Source: Spirochaetia bacterium (GTDB taxonomy: Bacteria; Spirochaetota; Spirochaetia; DSM-2461). From it: a DNA stretch of 64,000 nt. The stretch covers positions 3,584,001 through 3,648,000 of the forward strand of contig OY764216.1 in NCBI GenBank assembly GCA_963668315.1, written 5' to 3'. Positions 60,335 to 64,000 of this stretch are shown piece by piece. Within the stretch, counting starts at the first letter, position 1. Each line of letters starts with the position of its first letter. The notes under the pieces are model-generated. The model ran no database searches. It was not told the DNA's origin and saw only the letters and a list, made by a program, of their open reading frames with translations. The translations under genes were made by a program, and so were the position numbers.

Positions 60335-61399
60335 ATGGGAAAAATCTACTCTTCCGATAGGGAAATTTGCTTTTTTTTCAAAACCGGCTTCCATGAGTCG
60401 TCCTATTCGCATGAGATCCCGCAGAATTTTCTCACGGCGATGCCCGACCTATTTGACAAAAACGGTTTTTTAGTCCCGCGAAAGCTGAAAGAATCAGCCC
60501 ATAATAACGAAGCCCTTTTTGAGGATTTCTCCCGTTCACCCTATAGGGAATTACGGTTCCTGGGTCTGGCCGGCCTGATGACTCTTGATAGAGATAAGCA
60601 TGCCCCCCTTTTCTGGGATGGTTTTTACGACAGCTTTTACCCTGTCAGAAAACTTGTTATTGAGAAGTGGGAGAACCGGGAACGGACCAGACTTTTCAAT
60701 GAAATATTCAAACGCCTCACCGGAGATCCCCGCCAGGTGGTCCGTGAAGCGGCCTACGGAAGGATCAAAAGGGATTTTTCCGATCTTTTCTCTATCCGCA
60801 TCAACAGTTTCACCGCCGAAGAACAGTACAGGCTGATTATGTTTCTTGACAGCCATACGGCTCACGACCAGGCTTTTCTGGCTGAATTCATTGAAGGGGA
60901 AGATGATGCTCTGGCCTCCAGGGCTCTCTACCGTCTTCAGCTCGATGGGGAAAAGATAAGGAACAGATGGCCGGAGAAGACGAGAAAACTGAAGCTCCTC
61001 CGCTATGCCGCTCTGTTTTCCTTCTGCCATGGTAGCCAGGACTGTTTCCCCCCCGCCTTCCGCCTTATCGATGAACATACCCCTCCCGGACTGGCATCGA
61101 AGTATATTTCCGAATTAATCGGCCGCCCATTCAATGAAGAATGGAAAGGATTCTATAAAAAAGCCTGCCTCCTGATAGGAAAAATGAAGGGCCCCCGCTC
61201 TGTCGCTCTCCTTGAGCTTTTCTATAAAAACCGCAGCCTGTGGAAAGAACTGGGTTCCGACACAGCCCTTGCCTTCACGGCCCATAATCAATACTATACG
61301 GCAAACCTCCTGAAAATGATCATTCATGAGAATAGGGACGGAACTCCGGAAAAGGCTCTTTCCCAAGCGGCGGAAGAATTTGCCTTTCCCTTAGAATAA
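60335..61399 (+). CDS. Hypothetical protein with HEAT-like repeats
   Basis: D...VR / DP..VVREAA patterns; long ORF upstream of xseA. Confidence 0.65.
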   Translation: MGKIYSSDREICFFFKTGFHESSYSHEIPQNFLTAMPDLFDKNGFLVPRKLKESAHNNEALFEDFSRSPYRELRFLGLAGLMTLDRDKHAPLFWDGFYDSFYPVRKLVIEKWENRERTRLFNEIFKRLTGDPRQVVREAAYGRIKRDFSDLFSIRINSFTAEEQYRLIMFLDSHTAHDQAFLAEFIEGEDDALASRALYRLQLDGEKIRNRWPEKTRKLKLLRYAALFSFCHGSQDCFPPAFRLIDEHTPPGLASKYISELIGRPFNEEWKGFYKKACLLIGKMKGPRSVALLELFYKNRSLWKELGSDTALAFTAHNQYYTANLLKMIIHENRDGTPEKALSQAAEEFAFPLE

Positions 61400-61411
61400 A
61401 AGGGACAAATT

Positions 61412-62593
61412 ATGAAAGTATACGAACTGACAGACTTGATAAAAAACAGTCTGGAGAGGGATTTCTCCACCGTCCGGGTTGAGGGTGAAATCTCCAATTT
61501 CCGTCCCTCCAGCACGGGACATATCTATTTTTCCCTCAAGGACGAGAAAGCCCTCATATCGGCGGTCCTCTTCAGAGGGCAGGCGGCCCGGCTTAACTTC
61601 CGCCCCAGGGACGGCCAGGTGGTTCAGGTTTCGGGAAGGATTTCCGTATACCCTCCCCGGGGAAGTTATCAGATAATCTGCCAGGATCTCTCTCCCGCCG
61701 GCGAAGGGGATTTACTCCAGATTCTGGAGGAGAGGAAACAGCGTCTTGCCGCTGAAGGGCTCTTCAGCAGCGACCGGAAAATGCCCCTCCCCCCCTTTCC
61801 CGAGAGAGTGGCCCTCGTCACCTCTCCCACGGGCGCCGCGGTTAGGGATATCCTCCAGGTCATGGATCGGCGCAGAGCCGCCGCCCATATCATCATCCTT
61901 CCCTGCCCCGTACAGGGCGACGGGGCGGCGGAGAAAATAGCCCGCCAGATAAGGCGGGTCAGCGAATACCGCATGGCCGATGTCATTATAACGGGGCGGG
62001 GAGGCGGTTCCCTTGAAGATCTCCTCCCCTTTTCCGAGGAGTGCGTGGTCCGGGCTATTGCCGAAAGCGAGATACCCGTCATCAGCGGGGTGGGCCATGA
62101 GATAGATTTTTCCCTGGCCGATTTCGCTGCCGACTTCCGGGCGCCCACTCCTTCCGCCGCGGCCGAAGTCGTTTCGGCCAGGGAGTCGGAAATCCGCGAG
62201 CGTATCTCCCTGGCACGAACCGATCTGGTAAGAGAAATGGAGAGGCGGCTGGAGAAGATCAGACTTCTTATACGGCCCTTTTCCCCGGACGAGCTGGAAC
62301 GAAGCTTCTACAGCTATCTGGAGCCGGTAATGTTGAGACTGGACGACGGAAAGGAGAACCTTTTCCGTGCCATAAGAGAGAGATTGGATGAGAAAAAGCA
62401 TGCCCTGGAGCTGAAAAAGCGGGATCTGGAAAACAGTTCCCCCCTGGCCCTGCTGGAAAGAGGCTTTGCCCGGGTTACCGGTCCCGAAGGAAAAACGGTA
62501 TTCAATGCAGATGAGTTAACCGAAGGAGACTCGATTTCCATACGCTTTCACAAGGGGGAAGCCAAAGGGGAGATCAAGGAGATTATACCATGA
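61412..62593 (+). CDS. xseA: Exodeoxyribonuclease VII large subunit
   Basis: VEGEISN, GHIYFSLKD, TSPTGAA, RGGGSLEDL, GHEID, APTPSAAAE. Confidence 0.96.
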   Translation: MKVYELTDLIKNSLERDFSTVRVEGEISNFRPSSTGHIYFSLKDEKALISAVLFRGQAARLNFRPRDGQVVQVSGRISVYPPRGSYQIICQDLSPAGEGDLLQILEERKQRLAAEGLFSSDRKMPLPPFPERVALVTSPTGAAVRDILQVMDRRRAAAHIIILPCPVQGDGAAEKIARQIRRVSEYRMADVIITGRGGGSLEDLLPFSEECVVRAIAESEIPVISGVGHEIDFSLADFAADFRAPTPSAAAEVVSARESEIRERISLARTDLVREMERRLEKIRLLIRPFSPDELERSFYSYLEPVMLRLDDGKENLFRAIRERLDEKKHALELKKRDLENSSPLALLERGFARVTGPEGKTVFNADELTEGDSISIRFHKGEAKGEIKEIIP

Positions 62594-62817
62594 AGAATTT
62601 TGAAGAAAAAATGGACCGGCTCGAAGAACTGAGCCGGCTGATTAAAGACAGGGAAACACCCCTGGATAAAGCGGTCAGCGCCTTTGACGAAGGGGTAAAA
62701 CTGGCCGCCCAGCTTGAAAAAGAGCTGGGAAAGGTAGAAAAGAAGGTGGAGATTCTGTTAAACGAGCCGGAACCGGAAAAGGGAGAGGAACCGGAGCTGG
62801 GGCTCTTTGATCAATAG
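62590..62817 (+). CDS. xseB: Exodeoxyribonuclease VII small subunit
   Basis: FEE....LE, L......F.EG..L. Confidence 0.92.
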   Translation: MKNFEEKMDRLEELSRLIKDRETPLDKAVSAFDEGVKLAAQLEKELGKVEKKVEILLNEPEPEKGEEPELGLFDQ

Positions 62818-62828
62818 GGCGGAAATAG

Positions 62829-62857
62829 TTTACTTTGTGGCAAAACTCTGCTATTCT
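62829..62857 (+). promoter_or_regulatory. Candidate promoter TTTACT-17-TATTCT (extended -10), 7 nt before ATG 62865
   Basis: TGcTATTCT at 62849-62857. Confidence 0.5.
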
Positions 62858-62864
62858 ACCGGTT

Positions 62865-63941
62865 ATGATTGACGAGAGAATGCAGAATAAAATAGACAGA
62901 ATACTGGCACGCCACAAAGAGGTGGAAATATCCCTCGGTGATCCCGATGTGGTAAAGGACCAGAAAAAATATAAAGAGCTCATGCAGGAGTTCTCCCATC
63001 TGTCCGATACGGTAAACTGTTTCAGGGAGTATACCGCCTCCACCGGCGAGTACAGGGATGCTCTGGAACTTGCCGAAATGGAAGAAGACCCGGATATGAG
63101 GGAGATGGCCCAGGAAGAGGCATCCTCGCTGAAAGAGAAATCAGCCCGGCTTTTGAATGATCTGAATGTGCTCCTTGTCCCCCGGGATCCTCTGGACGGC
63201 AAAAACATCATCATGGAAATCCGTGCAGGAACCGGCGGAGATGAAGCGGCACTTTTCGCCGCCGATCTCTACCGTATGTATACCCGTTATGCCGAAACCA
63301 AAGGATGGAAATCGGAGATTATTGAAGCCAATGAAACGGGGATAGGCGGTTTCAAGGAGATCATTTTTTCCATCGGCGGAAAAAGCGTCTACGGGGATCT
63401 CCGTTATGAATCGGGGGCTCACCGGGTTCAGCGTGTTCCTGAAACGGAATCGGGGGGAAGGATTCATACGTCCGCCGTTACCGTGGCCGTACTTCCCGAG
63501 GCGGAGGATACGGATATCGAAATAAGGCAGGAAGATCTTCGCGTTGACGTGTTCCGTTCCTCCGGACCGGGAGGACAGAGCGTCAACACTACCGACTCAG
63601 CCGTACGGATTACCCATATCCCTACGGGGGTCATCGTTACCTGCCAGGATGAAAAATCCCAGATAAAAAACAAAGCCAAGGCGATGCGTGTTCTCAAAGC
63701 CCGTCTTTTCGAAGCGGAAGAGGAGAAGAAGAACAAGGAACGGGCGGCCAACAGAAAGAGCCAGGTGGGAACAGGAGACCGTTCAGAACGGATCAGGACG
63801 TATAACTATCCTCAGAACAGAGTCACCGATCACAGGATCAATCTGACTCTCTATAAACTGGAAACGATCATGCAGGGTGAGATCAGGGAAATATTCGACG
63901 CCCTGAAACTCAACGCCCAGGAAGAGGCTCTGGAAGATTAA
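62865..63941 (+). CDS. prfA: Peptide chain release factor 1
   Basis: [11 protein letters not shown], PxT motif (VPETE), [19 protein letters not shown]; start 62865 or 62880. Confidence 0.96.
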   Translation: MIDERMQNKIDRILARHKEVEISLGDPDVVKDQKKYKELMQEFSHLSDTVNCFREYTASTGEYRDALELAEMEEDPDMREMAQEEASSLKEKSARLLNDLNVLLVPRDPLDGKNIIMEIRAGTGGDEAALFAADLYRMYTRYAETKGWKSEIIEANETGIGGFKEIIFSIGGKSVYGDLRYESGAHRVQRVPETESGGRIHTSAVTVAVLPEAEDTDIEIRQEDLRVDVFRSSGPGGQSVNTTDSAVRITHIPTGVIVTCQDEKSQIKNKAKAMRVLKARLFEAEEEKKNKERAANRKSQVGTGDRSERIRTYNYPQNRVTDHRINLTLYKLETIMQGEIREIFDALKLNAQEEALED

Positions 63942-64000
63942 AAGGACCCGTTCTCAATCCGGAAGGAGAGCATTTCCTCCTCCCGGAAGACGAAGTATCC

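Noticed and set aside
62865..63941. Possible programmed frameshift in the release factor
   Set aside because: This is RF1 (PxT motif) with a continuous frame.
63959..63986. Imperfect hairpin CCGGAAGGAG...CTCCTCCCGG after prfA
   Set aside because: No U-tract on the plus strand and the context is cut by the window edge.
1..64000. CRISPR arrays, IS elements, prophage, toxin-antitoxin or defence genes
   Set aside because: No regularly spaced repeats or transposase, integrase or phage motifs seen by eye; weak repeats could have been missed.

Overview
Core-genome window from a bacterium that is very likely a free-living spirochaete (Spirochaetaceae-like). The evidence is the tamB-bamA-skp-mutS gene order, a spirochaete-type EF-G2 and a long acidic RpoD; this placement is inferred, not database-checked. 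It holds about 57 CDSs, RNase P RNA, tRNA-Thr(UGU) and tRNA-Tyr(GUA). Main blocks: serC; mgtE/murB; gpmI; yebC-ruvCAB-queA; an exbB-exbD-tonB-like trio coupled to tamB-bamA-skp-mutS-comF; EF-G2; an accessory segment (rhamnose isomerase, aldolase, AraC regulator, and an AT-rich DUF5692/FadR pair with a clear operator); a long minus-strand run (mltG-dnaG-rpoD-Zn ribbon-rnpB-TPR-mreBCD-mrdA-rodA-radical SAM); a cNMP/MBL-manA-yaiI-fprA operon; xseAB and prfA. I saw no IS, prophage, CRISPR array or defence system. The most notable signals are: (1) a recurring sigma70-like promoter geometry with the -10 box 6-8 nt before start codons that lack a Shine-Dalgarno, suggesting widespread leaderless mRNAs, including EF-G2 and RF1; (2) a Ton/Tol-like motor with no receptor at the head of the outer-membrane assembly operon; (3) rnpB embedded in an mRNA-like run with no visible promoter or terminator of its own. 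All protein calls come from recognising motifs by eye.
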